DNA from: Candidatus Thorarchaeota archaeon
GTDB taxonomy: Archaea; Asgardarchaeota; Thorarchaeia; Thorarchaeales; Thorarchaeaceae
Length of the DNA: 52,334 nt
Direction of reading: 5' to 3'
Assembly: GCA_016839445.1 (NCBI GenBank)
Contig: JAEOUG010000058.1
Coordinates: forward strand, 1 to 52,334
Every line of letters begins with the position of its first letter. The first letter of the stretch is position 1. Shown one piece after another: positions 1 to 9,510 of this stretch. The notes below the pieces were generated by a model that saw only the letters and a list, made by a program, of their open reading frames with translations, was not told the origin of the DNA and did no database searches. Both the position numbers and the translations under genes were made by a program.

Positions 1-546
1 CTCGACCCAAGGCTCGGCAAGTACTACCTCTCCTTCTGCAGTTCATGTAGGAGGACCCTGATTGTGAAGGATGGTGATGAGCCTCCTTCCTTTGATGACG
101 AGAATGTCTACATTCACGTAACTAGTCCCCGGGAGCGGATACAGCTAATCTCGGCAATCCAGAGGCGGGATGTTAAGTGTCCTGCAGACGGCAAGCTTCT
201 TCGACTTGGCGTGAGAGACCGTGCAGCCGCTCTCGGCGGGGAGCTGTCACATTCTCCGTCCCACAGGCCTCCATACCTTCGGACCGCCCCGCTGTTGGAT
301 ATGATCGCGTCTTCGATAGGTGTCAAGTCCACATCATCTAGGAGCGTTCGTTCGCTCTACCTGAAGATTGTGGACTCGATTGGCCCGGAAACTCATGTCC
401 TGACTGAGGCTCCAATTGGGAGTATCCGTTCAATGGATTCGAGGGTCGCTCAGATGGTTGATGCCTACAGAAGCGGAACAGCCAAGTACGTGTCAGGGGG
501 TGGTGGTAGGTACGGACGTCTTCTGCCGCCTTGGGAGAGTGAATGA
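1..546 (+). CDS. endoQ: Endonuclease Q / TIGR00375-family PHP nuclease, C-terminal part (5'-truncated)
   Basis: The frame is open from base 1: LDPRLGKYYLSFCSSC...CPADGKLLRLGVRDR...PPYLRTAPLLDMIA...G.ETHVL...GGGGRYGRL, which are the characteristic EndoQ C-terminal motifs. Confidence 0.8.
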   Translation, partial: LDPRLGKYYLSFCSSCRRTLIVKDGDEPPSFDDENVYIHVTSPRERIQLISAIQRRDVKCPADGKLLRLGVRDRAAALGGELSHSPSHRPPYLRTAPLLDMIASSIGVKSTSSRSVRSLYLKIVDSIGPETHVLTEAPIGSIRSMDSRVAQMVDAYRSGTAKYVSGGGGRYGRLLPPWESE

Positions 547-856
547 GCTGACGGTAGTCCGAGGAGTCATCAGAGAGGTTGGTAAGAGCAGGACAACTCG
601 AGTCAGTGCACAGAGGTGGTACGGCACAACTGACATCGTTGTCCAAGATACGAGCACCATGAAGACCTATCTCGTGAAGGTCTCCGCCACAACGATGGAC
701 CGCCAGCGTTTTCTTCCGCGTGTTGGGATGAAGGTCATCCTACACGGTTTCGTTGAGGATGCCGAATTCGGCCTGACCGATTACGTGGTGACGCGGGTCA
801 GCAAGATCAAGCACGAAGGTGACGGAATAAAGGAGATTCACAGGTTCGACGATTAG
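539..856 (+). CDS. Small hypothetical protein, probable OB fold
   Basis: GTG start overlaps the endoQ stop. Beta-rich pattern VRGVIREVG...VGMKVILHGFV is typical of OB folds. Confidence 0.55.
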   Translation: MNELTVVRGVIREVGKSRTTRVSAQRWYGTTDIVVQDTSTMKTYLVKVSATTMDRQRFLPRVGMKVILHGFVEDAEFGLTDYVVTRVSKIKHEGDGIKEIHRFDD

Positions 857-857
857 G

Positions 858-1154
858 TCACTTCGGCCTAATTATGAACGCAGGCGCAATAATCCACTCC
901 GACTTGCATTTCGGGCATCTTCCGGGTGGCTTTGCAGTCTTCCTCATGTTGAAGACGTGGAGGCACTTCCCACAGCTCGCTGGCCTCACGAGTAGCTGCA
1001 TATTCCTGCTCTTGACTGATCTGGAAATGTGATCTAGGTCTTCGTAGATTATGCTCCTACTACGAACATCAAGCATCTGACACAGGTCTTCTGCGGTGAC
1101 AGCGTCATCCGTGTTCTCCAGAATCTCTACAATCCTTTCGCGTCTTGTAGGCAT
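858..1154 (-). CDS. HTH + Zn-ribbon transcriptional regulator (COG3357-like)
   Basis: MPTRRERIVEIL...IYEDLDHISRS...PASCGKC...PGRCPKCKSEWI. Confidence 0.85.
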   Translation of the reverse strand: MPTRRERIVEILENTDDAVTAEDLCQMLDVRSRSIIYEDLDHISRSVKSRNMQLLVRPASCGKCLHVFNMRKTAKPPGRCPKCKSEWIIAPAFIIRPK

Positions 1155-1281
1155 ATGGTCAGAATGGTGTGTGGAGTCAATACTCTTTCGATACACCCCG
1201 TACACGAAATAGAACGGGCTGTGCAAAACGTAGAGTCATATCATTAGTGTGCCATGTCTACTACAGATGGTGTGAACATCA

Positions 1282-1998
1282 ATGAAGTCCTTTGATACAG
1301 GAATCTCTCGCAAGGCTGCGGCATCTGTTCTGGTCGCATGCCTGATAACCGTCGGTGTGTTCACTGCTGCAATCTACTTGCCAGGAATGAACGGTGGTCC
1401 TGGACCCACGAATCCCTCTGGCAGCCTCGGCACCAGAGTCGCAACCTACCTGAGTTCCAGGGCCGATGACGTGGAGTTCTATTGGATGTGCAACTGCACC
1501 CTAGTGAACGTTGACTTAACGCAGTTCTACGATTCTCAACACTCGGGCGCCTTTGTTGATGGTGTCTATGTCAACCGTAGTGGCTCTGATCACGAGATTG
1601 TGGTCCTCTTTTCGCCATATAACGTCGCACCTGTTGGAAGAGGGGACATCTCCGTGTCTGCGTGGACGACGATTACAGCCGCCATCATCGACAACGGAAT
1701 TGCACAGATGGATGATATTGAAGGAGCCCCTCCGGACGAAGCACCGTCCGCTTTTCCACTGAACATCTACTTCTCCATTTTCTTCGATGACGACACGTGT
1801 TTCCTTGCAGGCTTCTCGAGTGAGGACGGCTACTTCTGGATGCACAATGGTACGTGGACTGGAGGCTTCACTGAATCTGGCCATCCTGATGTCACTAGCT
1901 GGAGTCTGACTCCCATCTGGCTGGTTGAAGGAGGTCACATGGCAACGGCCATCTCCCAGCTCTACACGGCAGTCACATCGACAGTATCCTATCCATAG
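1282..1998 (+). CDS. Membrane-anchored or secreted hypothetical protein
   Basis: N-terminal hydrophobic helix, G/P linker, acidic extracellular-type domain with N-x-S/T sequons. Confidence 0.7.
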   Translation: MKSFDTGISRKAAASVLVACLITVGVFTAAIYLPGMNGGPGPTNPSGSLGTRVATYLSSRADDVEFYWMCNCTLVNVDLTQFYDSQHSGAFVDGVYVNRSGSDHEIVVLFSPYNVAPVGRGDISVSAWTTITAAIIDNGIAQMDDIEGAPPDEAPSAFPLNIYFSIFFDDDTCFLAGFSSEDGYFWMHNGTWTGGFTESGHPDVTSWSLTPIWLVEGGHMATAISQLYTAVTSTVSYP

Positions 1999-2082
1999 GT
2001 CAGGTGGGCTTGCGCCCACCCTCTTTCTTTAATCCGAGTGCGGCTATTGGTAGGAGGGTATTCTAGGCAGGGTGATAGAGCG

Positions 2083-2574
2083 TTGGCAGATGAGCTAGAT
2101 GTGGCAACTATCGACAAGCTCCTGAAGGGTCGTACAATGAGTGTGTACGCCTTGCTTGTTTCACAGGGGGCTCTGGGTGTGAGAGAGGTTCAACGCACGT
2201 TGGGGTTCTCAAGTCCGAGTCTGGCTCTTCACCATCTCACCAAGCTCTTGGATCTTGAACTCGTCAGCAAGGATGAACACGGAGTCTATGAGGTGTCCCG
2301 TACAATACGTGTGGGGTCCCTGTCGCTCTTCGTCAAGCTTGGTTCAAGACTTCTTCCACGGTTTCTGTTCTTGGTGACCTTTGTAGCCGCCATGGTGCTG
2401 GTGTATCTGGCAGCCTTTGCCTCGTGGCCGCCAACAGGCTCTGACGTGATGTTCCTCGCACTGAGCGCGACTACGGTCCTTTTAATTCTCATCGAGAGCC
2501 GTAGACTGTGGCTCCTGACGCCCTTCTTACAGCAACTCGATACGCTCCTCGGTGTAACCGAGCGACAGCTATAG
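2083..2574 (+). CDS. Winged-HTH regulator with two C-terminal TM helices
   Basis: GVREVQRTLGFSSPSLALHHLTKLLDLELV HTH followed by two hydrophobic segments. TTG start follows a GGTGA RBS (alternative start 2038). Confidence 0.75.
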   Translation: MADELDVATIDKLLKGRTMSVYALLVSQGALGVREVQRTLGFSSPSLALHHLTKLLDLELVSKDEHGVYEVSRTIRVGSLSLFVKLGSRLLPRFLFLVTFVAAMVLVYLAAFASWPPTGSDVMFLALSATTVLLILIESRRLWLLTPFLQQLDTLLGVTERQL

Positions 2575-2631
2575 GTTGAAAAGACGCTCCTGTTAGTAGT
2601 AAGAGAGCAAGACGGCCCCAGAGTTGAAGGA

Positions 2632-3894
2632 ATGCATCAGACAAAGCTAGAGCCAACGCCGCCGCAGGCAAGAGAGGCATCCTACGATGAAAGAGTGTGC
2701 TCCAGATGCATGGGCTTCAGAGCTCTGTGTGGTGTAAGCCCGTGTCCGATAGTGATGCGTGCCAAGGCTCTTGCTCGCATTGAGGATGCTGTCCAGGGAA
2801 TGGATCTATCCGGATCATCTCCTCCCTCTGTCTTCGTTGGTGAACATGGATATCCAAAGGTGCTTGCTGGGCCACTAGTCCCTCCGGTAAGGTCGTCTGA
2901 GGCTGAGCTAATGGAACGGCCTGACCAATGGCTGAATATCTCGATTGACGAGATTCTCGCGCTCCGCTTCAGTCTTGTCCGGACCAAGAAGTGGATCCCT
3001 GTTGAATCTGCGTCGGCGCCAGGCAAGGAGTTGCACGAAACGCAGACGCTCGCGCTCTCTGACTCACCCTTGGCATCTGAGGCAACTCTGCTCAAGAGGC
3101 CCACCTTCACCACGGTCTTTTCTGACAGGACACTTCCAATCGGTCCTTCTGCTCCGCTTCGGACATTCCATCTGGAAGACAACCCTCACGTTCCCAAGGT
3201 TGTAGACAAGGTCACCTCTGACACAGACTTGAGGGCCACATCAGGTGTTGTTGACCTCTTCAGGGAAGGCGTGCGTCAAGAACACATCACGCGTCTTCTC
3301 TCGGTAGGCGTCCTCGGACTTGAGAGAAAGCGGAGGCTTGTTCCCACCAAATGGAGTATAACCGCAATCGACGATATCATGGGGAAGGAACTCCATCGAG
3401 AAGTCCTGAGGTATCCTTGGATCAACAACTATCTCGTGAGCATTGACAAGGCTCTGGGAAACACGGTCGCATTCCTCTTCCTGCCCAGCGGCTGGCAGTT
3501 CGAGGCCTTGGAATCATGGCTAGGCGGATTCGAGCCTCCCATTATCTCCGACCACGAACTAGGGCGAGGTCGGAAGAACTACGCTCGCAGCGTTGCTGGC
3601 GCCTACTACGCGACTCGCCTCCCTGCTCTTCAATACCTCACAAGTATCAGAAGACAGGCTGGGCTCATAGTGTTCATGGAGACCGACCCTCAGAGATGGG
3701 TTCCTCTGGGGGTCTGGAGATTCAGGGAAATCGCGAAGCGAGCGCTGTCGGGCTCTGTGTTAAGCTTCTCAACACTAGACGAGGCGACCGCGGAGATTGG
3801 CAGACATCTCAGAGTCCCGATTGGCCGATGGCTTGGAAGAAGCAGGATCTACGCTGAGTTCCAGAGTCAGACCAAACTGACCGATTTCTTCTAG
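2632..3894 (+). CDS. nreA: DNA repair protein NreA (Nre family)
   Basis: CSRC..LCG..PCP Zn motif, GSSPPSVFVG..GYPKV, LVPTKWSITAID, GAYYATRL, PLGVW, and C-terminal PIP box QTKLTDFF. Confidence 0.92.
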   Translation: MHQTKLEPTPPQAREASYDERVCSRCMGFRALCGVSPCPIVMRAKALARIEDAVQGMDLSGSSPPSVFVGEHGYPKVLAGPLVPPVRSSEAELMERPDQWLNISIDEILALRFSLVRTKKWIPVESASAPGKELHETQTLALSDSPLASEATLLKRPTFTTVFSDRTLPIGPSAPLRTFHLEDNPHVPKVVDKVTSDTDLRATSGVVDLFREGVRQEHITRLLSVGVLGLERKRRLVPTKWSITAIDDIMGKELHREVLRYPWINNYLVSIDKALGNTVAFLFLPSGWQFEALESWLGGFEPPIISDHELGRGRKNYARSVAGAYYATRLPALQYLTSIRRQAGLIVFMETDPQRWVPLGVWRFREIAKRALSGSVLSFSTLDEATAEIGRHLRVPIGRWLGRSRIYAEFQSQTKLTDFF

Positions 3895-3920
3895 GCTGAA
3901 TGTATCTATCGTACATTGGC

Positions 3921-3927
3921 TTTAATA
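3921..3927 (+). promoter_or_regulatory. Putative TATA box
   Basis: TTTAATA about 25-35 nt upstream of the GTG 3952 / ATG 3961 starts. Confidence 0.4.
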
Positions 3928-3951
3928 GCATAGACTAAGAGCTATTCTGGT

Positions 3952-5301
3952 GTGGTAGAAATGCACGCCAACATAACCAAGGGAGTCACCCTATGGGTGC
4001 TCCTTCTAATTGCTATGCCCTTCGTTCTCCTCCCGACTGCCAGCGCCTGGTCTGCCGGCGACGAAGCCGCCATCTTCGGGCACACCTTCGAGGAGGAGTA
4101 CTGGACAAACGACTCGCTGTACGTTGAAGGCGCGAATGGGAACGGCAGCCTGACTGCCTCTTTCGTTCACGTGGGCGACTTCGAGGCGTTCCTGATTGCA
4201 TTCAATGAATTCAACATGACTGACGGAAATCAGTCCATAACTCCCTATCAGCTGTTTGGGATGCACTACATCACTCCCGGGAATCAGGAGGTCTTCATCG
4301 GCGCTGTCTTCGCTTTCCTCCTAGTGCACAACGAGACCTTTGGGTCGAATCAGCTTCCAGATGTCGGGAATGATCCCTCTTGGTACATCTTACCAGTGTC
4401 CTCTGACGACACGTGGCCTGAGTACGTACCTTCCGTTGAGCCTATTCCGGCCACAAAGATGGGCGACAACCACTACCGATTTGGGATGCAGTACCACAAC
4501 CTCACATGCAGGATTGTGGATGCAAACGATCCAGGTATGTTCTTGGCCACACTCGTGACTCCAGCGATGCAGCTTGTCATTAGCGAACTGAAGATCGAGT
4601 ACGACATCACAATCGATAATGCCGGAGAGGTACACGCCGAGACCTTGTACACCATCGGGCAGGTCAAAGAGCTCATGCTCGGAACCGTTGAGTATCCACC
4701 TTCTGAGATCATTGTTGACAGTATGGAGATATCGGCTGTTCACTTCCTGACCGTCTTCACCTCACAGTATTCGGTTGTGGGAACCACCAGCGGAAACACG
4801 ATCCAGTCTCCGACTCAGACCACCCCCCTTGATGAGGACGTCTCGATTCAGGTGGGTAGCCGTGGCGAGAGAGCCTTTGATATTGGCTTCGGGCGGCAGT
4901 ATGCGCTATTCAATGAGACGAGCGACAGCTACGTGGCTACTGGTCTAACGGCTCTGAACACACTTCTGGCCGTCAGACTTACCGATCTCATTCTTGTGCT
5001 CTGGCAGGCCCCGTTGTCGGCATTCCTCTTCGCCCATATGGCGTACGGCCTCTCTTCTCAGATTCGAAATGACTACGCTACTGTTGGCGATATGGCACTC
5101 AATGCCACGACCGCATTCGCTACCAAGAGTTGGTGGTACGCTGTGACCTTCCCATCATGGAATGGTCTTCGAGTTGAGCAAGACCCGGTCTACGTTGCCT
5201 ACACCAACATCGGGATGGTAGGTCCAAACAACTTCATAGTGTTTGGCCTGATCATTGTTGGTGCGTTGGCCGTCGTCTATGTCGGAGCCCGTCGAAGATA
5301 G
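3952..5301 (+). CDS. Cell-surface glycoprotein-like protein (signal peptide, C-terminal TM anchor + RRR)
   Basis: Signal peptide ending ASA, about 8 N-x-S/T sequons, C-terminal hydrophobic helix followed by GARRR. Confidence 0.75.
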   Translation: MVEMHANITKGVTLWVLLLIAMPFVLLPTASAWSAGDEAAIFGHTFEEEYWTNDSLYVEGANGNGSLTASFVHVGDFEAFLIAFNEFNMTDGNQSITPYQLFGMHYITPGNQEVFIGAVFAFLLVHNETFGSNQLPDVGNDPSWYILPVSSDDTWPEYVPSVEPIPATKMGDNHYRFGMQYHNLTCRIVDANDPGMFLATLVTPAMQLVISELKIEYDITIDNAGEVHAETLYTIGQVKELMLGTVEYPPSEIIVDSMEISAVHFLTVFTSQYSVVGTTSGNTIQSPTQTTPLDEDVSIQVGSRGERAFDIGFGRQYALFNETSDSYVATGLTALNTLLAVRLTDLILVLWQAPLSAFLFAHMAYGLSSQIRNDYATVGDMALNATTAFATKSWWYAVTFPSWNGLRVEQDPVYVAYTNIGMVGPNNFIVFGLIIVGALAVVYVGARRR

Positions 5302-5311
5302 AAGAATCCTC

Positions 5312-5347
5312 GAGCCAGGGGTACTCCCCTGGTTCCCTCTCTCTTTT
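5312..5347 (+). terminator. Hairpin plus pyrimidine/T tract after the surface protein gene
   Basis: GAGCCAGGGG-TACT-CCCCTGGTTC stem (one G-U pair) followed by CCTCTCTCTTTT. Confidence 0.55.
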
Positions 5348-5395
5348 CATCATCAGTGTTCATCGGGGAATTTAAGAGAGCACTCGCAGAACCTC

Positions 5396-6940
5396 GTGTC
5401 GAGGACTGCTTCAGTGATCTACGAGAGATTATGTCGCCTTGGAGAGCGGGTTCCGCCATTCAACAGACTCGGAGGCCGAAACCAAGACACGGAGCTTCGT
5501 AGAGCGGCCAGGTTCCTATCACCGATGATGAGTCTCACAGTGACTGGAGTGGTCTCTGCGGCCTATCTCACCGGGTTGCTCTCGTTTGTCTTCGTCTTTA
5601 TTGCCCTCGTCCTCTTCCAGATTTCCGCCCTGATAGCTTTGCCCTTGGCAGCGATGTTCTCTGTAGTGGCCTACTATTTCGTCATCAACTACCCCGTGTC
5701 GGTCATGAACGGCTATCGGCTGAGCCTCTCAGAAGAAGCAGACATCGTCTACGAGCAGTTCATTCTTGTCTTCCAGTCTGGCGGCACGATTTTCGATGCT
5801 ATTGAGATGGTGGCCCAGTCTGACCACCCCCTCCTGTCAAAGGCCTTTCAGGACATCATCGAGAAAGTGAATCAAGGTGTACCGCCGGAGGAGTCATTGT
5901 CAGAGTTCGCGAGGAACCAGCCATCCGATGATCTTCGAAGGTACTTCACTGCCATTCTCTCAGCGATGGAGAAGAGAACAGATCTACTCGAATCACTATC
6001 AGGAGAGTCCTTCGAGGCCGATATGACACTAAGGCAAAAGAACCTAGAATTGGAGAGTCGGCTGCTTGTCGTGGCTGCACTTGCGACCTACATTCCAATT
6101 GTCTTCACTCTGGGAATATCCCTTGGCGGTCACGCGACCAATCCAGTCATTCTCCTCATTGTCCCTCTGTTCATTGGACTGACCGCCGGGATGAGCCGGC
6201 GATTCACAGGTCAATTCTCCACCTATTTCGACCGTCCACGAGACCCCTCCGTTATTGGACCAACGCAACGAGAGATTCGAGAGGAATACGATGAGTTCCT
6301 CAATTTCCTTATGCTTCTTGGAGAGCACTTGACTAGGGGCGACACGCTGGAAGTGTCACTCGCTGAGGTGCAGGACGAACTCGAACCTCAATCCAAGCGG
6401 CTTGTCGAAATAGCAGTGCGCGGGATATACCAAGAGCAGACCAGCTCGAGTGAGGCAATGGGGAAGGCTGCAGACGCTGCACTAGGTCGGAGAGTTTCCA
6501 GTATGCTTCGAATGGTCTCGCTGATGTGCGAAACTTCGGCCACTCAGGCTGGTGAACGCTTATCGAAGATTACATCAAGACTGGTCAAGCGCTCCGCTGT
6601 GGCGAAGGAGAGAGACTCCATCATTGCAGCGCAGAGGATGAAGGTGTATCTCCTAACTCTCACTAGTGCGGCTGTCCTGGGCATGCTGGCTTCGCTTGCT
6701 CCTTTCCTTTTCATCGGGTCTCTACTCTCGGGTGACTTCTCCCTCGCTGGCGGCTTGTTGACTTTGTCGGAGATTACACCACTCCTCCTCTCGCTGGCTA
6801 TAACGACCTTCTCTACCGGATACCTTAACACACGGATGGTCGGCGGGTCGCGGCCGACATTGATTGCTCTTATATGCCTCCTGCTGTTCTGGATTGCCTT
6901 CACCCTGTCCTCTGGTCTGATGGGTCTGAGTCTAGTGTAG
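5396..6940 (+). CDS. Type II secretion system F / type IV pilus platform membrane protein (TadC/FlaJ-like, two T2SSF domains)
   Basis: SGGTIFDAIEMVA...LSKAFQDIIEKVNQGVPPEESL and a second GDTLEVSL repeat, with multiple TMs. GTG start is about 20 nt after TTTAAG (5371-5376). Confidence 0.8.
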   Translation: MSRTASVIYERLCRLGERVPPFNRLGGRNQDTELRRAARFLSPMMSLTVTGVVSAAYLTGLLSFVFVFIALVLFQISALIALPLAAMFSVVAYYFVINYPVSVMNGYRLSLSEEADIVYEQFILVFQSGGTIFDAIEMVAQSDHPLLSKAFQDIIEKVNQGVPPEESLSEFARNQPSDDLRRYFTAILSAMEKRTDLLESLSGESFEADMTLRQKNLELESRLLVVAALATYIPIVFTLGISLGGHATNPVILLIVPLFIGLTAGMSRRFTGQFSTYFDRPRDPSVIGPTQREIREEYDEFLNFLMLLGEHLTRGDTLEVSLAEVQDELEPQSKRLVEIAVRGIYQEQTSSSEAMGKAADAALGRRVSSMLRMVSLMCETSATQAGERLSKITSRLVKRSAVAKERDSIIAAQRMKVYLLTLTSAAVLGMLASLAPFLFIGSLLSGDFSLAGGLLTLSEITPLLLSLAITTFSTGYLNTRMVGGSRPTLIALICLLLFWIAFTLSSGLMGLSLV

Positions 6941-6995
6941 GATACTTTATTTGCGGCCATGCTGAGCTGATGGACAGTAAGCACGAGGTGAAACC

Positions 6996-7643
6996 ATGCT
7001 ACAAATTCCGATCTTGGACTGGAGCCTCGGTGACTTGATGCTGTTCTTCCAGAACGACTGGAATCTTGCGTGGGTGCTCATCCTATCGGGAGGGCTGACG
7101 GCCATATGGCTGTTGGAGAACATAACCGACCCCATCCCTCTTCTGGGCACCATCTTTGACGGCCTAGTCGCCATTGGTACCTTTCTGGGTTTCTTTGTAG
7201 GGATTCTAGATTTGTTTGTGGGCTACGTTGTCTACTCTGTTGCCCCTGAGGCGATTTGGGTTTCTATCGCATTGATAGTCATGGGATTCTCGCTTGTTAT
7301 GCGAGTCCTGACCAAGTTCCCGCTTGCATTCCTCTTCGCCCTGGCAATTGCCGTATTCGGCGCCGCTACAATCTACGGAGTCCTTGAGCCATACACAACC
7401 CTTCCTGGGATAGGGACCTACATCGAGATGGCAATATCAGTGAAGGGCCTACTGGTCATTGGGTTCGTGATCTTCTGTGTCGTCTACCTTCTGGGTGGAC
7501 TTCTCATCAAGCTCATTGAGCTGGTCGGTAAGGTCTTCGCGTCAACCCCAGTGAGTATAATCATCGGACTTGCCGCTATTGCCATCGGCGTGATTGTACT
7601 CGTCAATCCTGCCATCCTAAGTCTGGCGTGGCCCCCACCATAG
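6996..7643 (+). CDS. Polytopic membrane protein, unknown function
   Basis: About 6 hydrophobic segments; GAGGTG RBS. Confidence 0.7.
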   Translation: MLQIPILDWSLGDLMLFFQNDWNLAWVLILSGGLTAIWLLENITDPIPLLGTIFDGLVAIGTFLGFFVGILDLFVGYVVYSVAPEAIWVSIALIVMGFSLVMRVLTKFPLAFLFALAIAVFGAATIYGVLEPYTTLPGIGTYIEMAISVKGLLVIGFVIFCVVYLLGGLLIKLIELVGKVFASTPVSIIIGLAAIAIGVIVLVNPAILSLAWPPP

Positions 7644-7679
7644 AATCTGAGGGGCTACATGCCCCTCTCGCGCTTTTTC

Positions 7680-7943
7680 TCACTGTGCTGGCTTGCGAAT
7701 CTCGCGGTAGTAGAGGAATCTGAGATCTCGATCCGAGTAGAACTTCGCGGCCGCATCAATCGTCTTCTTGGCCTTCACAATACCATCAAACCACTCGGTC
7801 ACGTAGAGCGTCTTCTTGCTCTGAGTCTCGACATCTGTCTTCTCGAATCCCTCTGGGTATTCCCAACCCTCCGGGAGCATCAGTGCTACCCTGATCTGCT
7901 TGACCCCGTCCTTCGACTCCAGCCATAATTCACAGTGTGTCAT
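7680..7943 (-). CDS. Small hypothetical protein
   Basis: 87-aa ORF MTHCELWLESK... with protein-like composition that fills the gap between genes. Confidence 0.6.
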   Translation of the reverse strand: MTHCELWLESKDGVKQIRVALMLPEGWEYPEGFEKTDVETQSKKTLYVTEWFDGIVKAKKTIDAAAKFYSDRDLRFLYYREIRKPAQ

Positions 7944-8112
7944 TGAAACCAAGTGGCTCGGGGGTCTGGCAGTGGTTAAGGTTTGCTCTGACGCATTCTC
8001 TTGCCTGTGTTGCGAATTTCCCAAAGGGTTCTTATAGTAGGTCTGCTTGTGTTCTACTCAGAGTAACTAGCGCCGAATACTCGCTATTCTGTGCTAGCAA
8101 GTATGGATACGG

Positions 8113-8673
8113 ATGTGTTTGAGCTTGTCAGGAAGTGCGGACGACGACAAGAAGAAGATCATCAGTGTGACAATGAGCCAGAGTCTGGTCAGCAGGATTG
8201 ATGACCTAGTCACTCAACGAGTAGGTAGGTCTCGAGCACAACTCATTGAGGATGCTGTGAGATGGTTCTTGGACTTCACTGTTCACAAGTGGGGTGAGAG
8301 GGGGATCTATGTAAATGAGTCAAGGACGGTTCTTGAGTCTGAAACGCTGTCCTCGCTCTTCTTCTCCAAGCTGACCTCAAAGGATCAGAACGAGCTTGGC
8401 GAGACCGCCGGGAAGTCCTCTCCGATTGCGGATGTTGTGAAGCTGTTCTATGACGCTGACCCTAAGCAACGCAAGAACTGGACGCTGGTCCTGAGATTGC
8501 TGCAGGAGAATGGCTGGGGTGCTATAGATTTGAGGGATGACTTGATAGTCATCGGAAGTCCCTTCTACCCTCCCCACTTCCTTCGTGGCTACCTCTCAGG
8601 TCTTCTGGGAACGAAACTAGACCTAGAAGAAACGAATGTCAAGGAAAACGTAGCCCTGCGAATTCAGAAGTAG
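8113..8673 (+). CDS. CopG/NikR ribbon-helix-helix regulator with a V4R-like C-terminal domain
   Basis: ISVTMSQSLVSRIDDLV...SRAQLIEDAV (RHH); ENGWGAI...FLRGYLSGLLG (V4R-like). Confidence 0.7.
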   Translation: MCLSLSGSADDDKKKIISVTMSQSLVSRIDDLVTQRVGRSRAQLIEDAVRWFLDFTVHKWGERGIYVNESRTVLESETLSSLFFSKLTSKDQNELGETAGKSSPIADVVKLFYDADPKQRKNWTLVLRLLQENGWGAIDLRDDLIVIGSPFYPPHFLRGYLSGLLGTKLDLEETNVKENVALRIQK

Positions 8674-8697
8674 TAGAGAATGGTCTGGTGCTACTTA

Positions 8698-9129
8698 CTA
8701 CCAGTCCTTCCCTATCTCAAGTATCTCGAATTCGCTCTCAAAGAGACCTGGGATACGTTCGATTGTCCGCTTGATGTCGGCCTCTTTGCTCTTGATGTCA
8801 TCCGCAGAGAAGTAGACCTCGTAGATACACCGATTGTTGATGTCCTCATAGCAGAAGCCAGTCGTGAAGAGAACCTTCAGATCGTGCTGCTTGAAGAGCT
8901 CTGTCATTGTCTGCATGAGTGCTGGATTAACCTTCTCGACCTCCAGCCTTACTCTAGCACCGCCCTCTCTCTTCATTGGAATGAGGCGTATCTCCCCAGT
9001 CTTCTCGAAATAGATCACCATGGCGGCTTTGGTGTTGGCCAGCTCTTTGTTGGTGTAGAATTCATCGGGTAGTTGTATCTCCCGCTTCTTGTGAACGTCT
9101 GCAATCATTCCCTTCGTGAGTCCAGCCAC
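8698..9129 (-). CDS. AbrB-like + ACT-like domain protein
   Basis: N-terminal VHKKREIQLPDEF...GEIRLIP, then an ACT-like beta-alpha-beta-beta-alpha-beta pattern. Confidence 0.5.
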   Translation of the reverse strand: MAGLTKGMIADVHKKREIQLPDEFYTNKELANTKAAMVIYFEKTGEIRLIPMKREGGARVRLEVEKVNPALMQTMTELFKQHDLKVLFTTGFCYEDINNRCIYEVYFSADDIKSKEADIKRTIERIPGLFESEFEILEIGKDW

Positions 9130-9310
9130 GAGTATCGCCTCTCTCTGAATCAGCCTGACCTTGGGTCATAAGGCTATTTGTATCTTCTCACAATCTACTA
9201 TTAGGCGTTTCTGGCAGGTTGTTTCGCATTGGCATCGGCCTGTGACATGCAGAAACTCATAAATCGTGTCAGGGTGTGGCATGTTCTCCGTAATTCGGAG
9301 GAACTAGATA

Positions 9311-9433
9311 ATGGCCAAAGAAGGAGCAACCTATGTGTGCGACATCTGTCAGCAAGTCGTTGTAGTGAAGAAATCTGGCGCTGGTACCCTTGTGTGCTGT
9401 GGTCAGCCAATGCGTCTATACAAGGGTGATTGA
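9311..9433 (+). CDS. Desulforedoxin-like 40-aa Fe(Cys)4 protein (not in ORF track)
   Basis: Translated by hand: MAKEGATYVCDICQQVVVVKKSGAGTLVCCGQPMRLYKGD*. It has the CxxC...GxGxLxCCGxxM motif and a GGAGG RBS at 9297-9301. Confidence 0.88.
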   Translation: MAKEGATYVCDICQQVVVVKKSGAGTLVCCGQPMRLYKGD

Positions 9434-9510
9434 AGTCAGACAGTGTCCGACTTGACACTTGACAATGTTTATATTGGCTCTGCAAGGGCGGTGTAAATCG
9501 ACAGGGGTTT

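Noticed and set aside
2632-2660. Second PIP box at the NreA N-terminus (MHQTKLEPT)
   Set aside because: It lacks the two aromatic residues, and the true start may be downstream.
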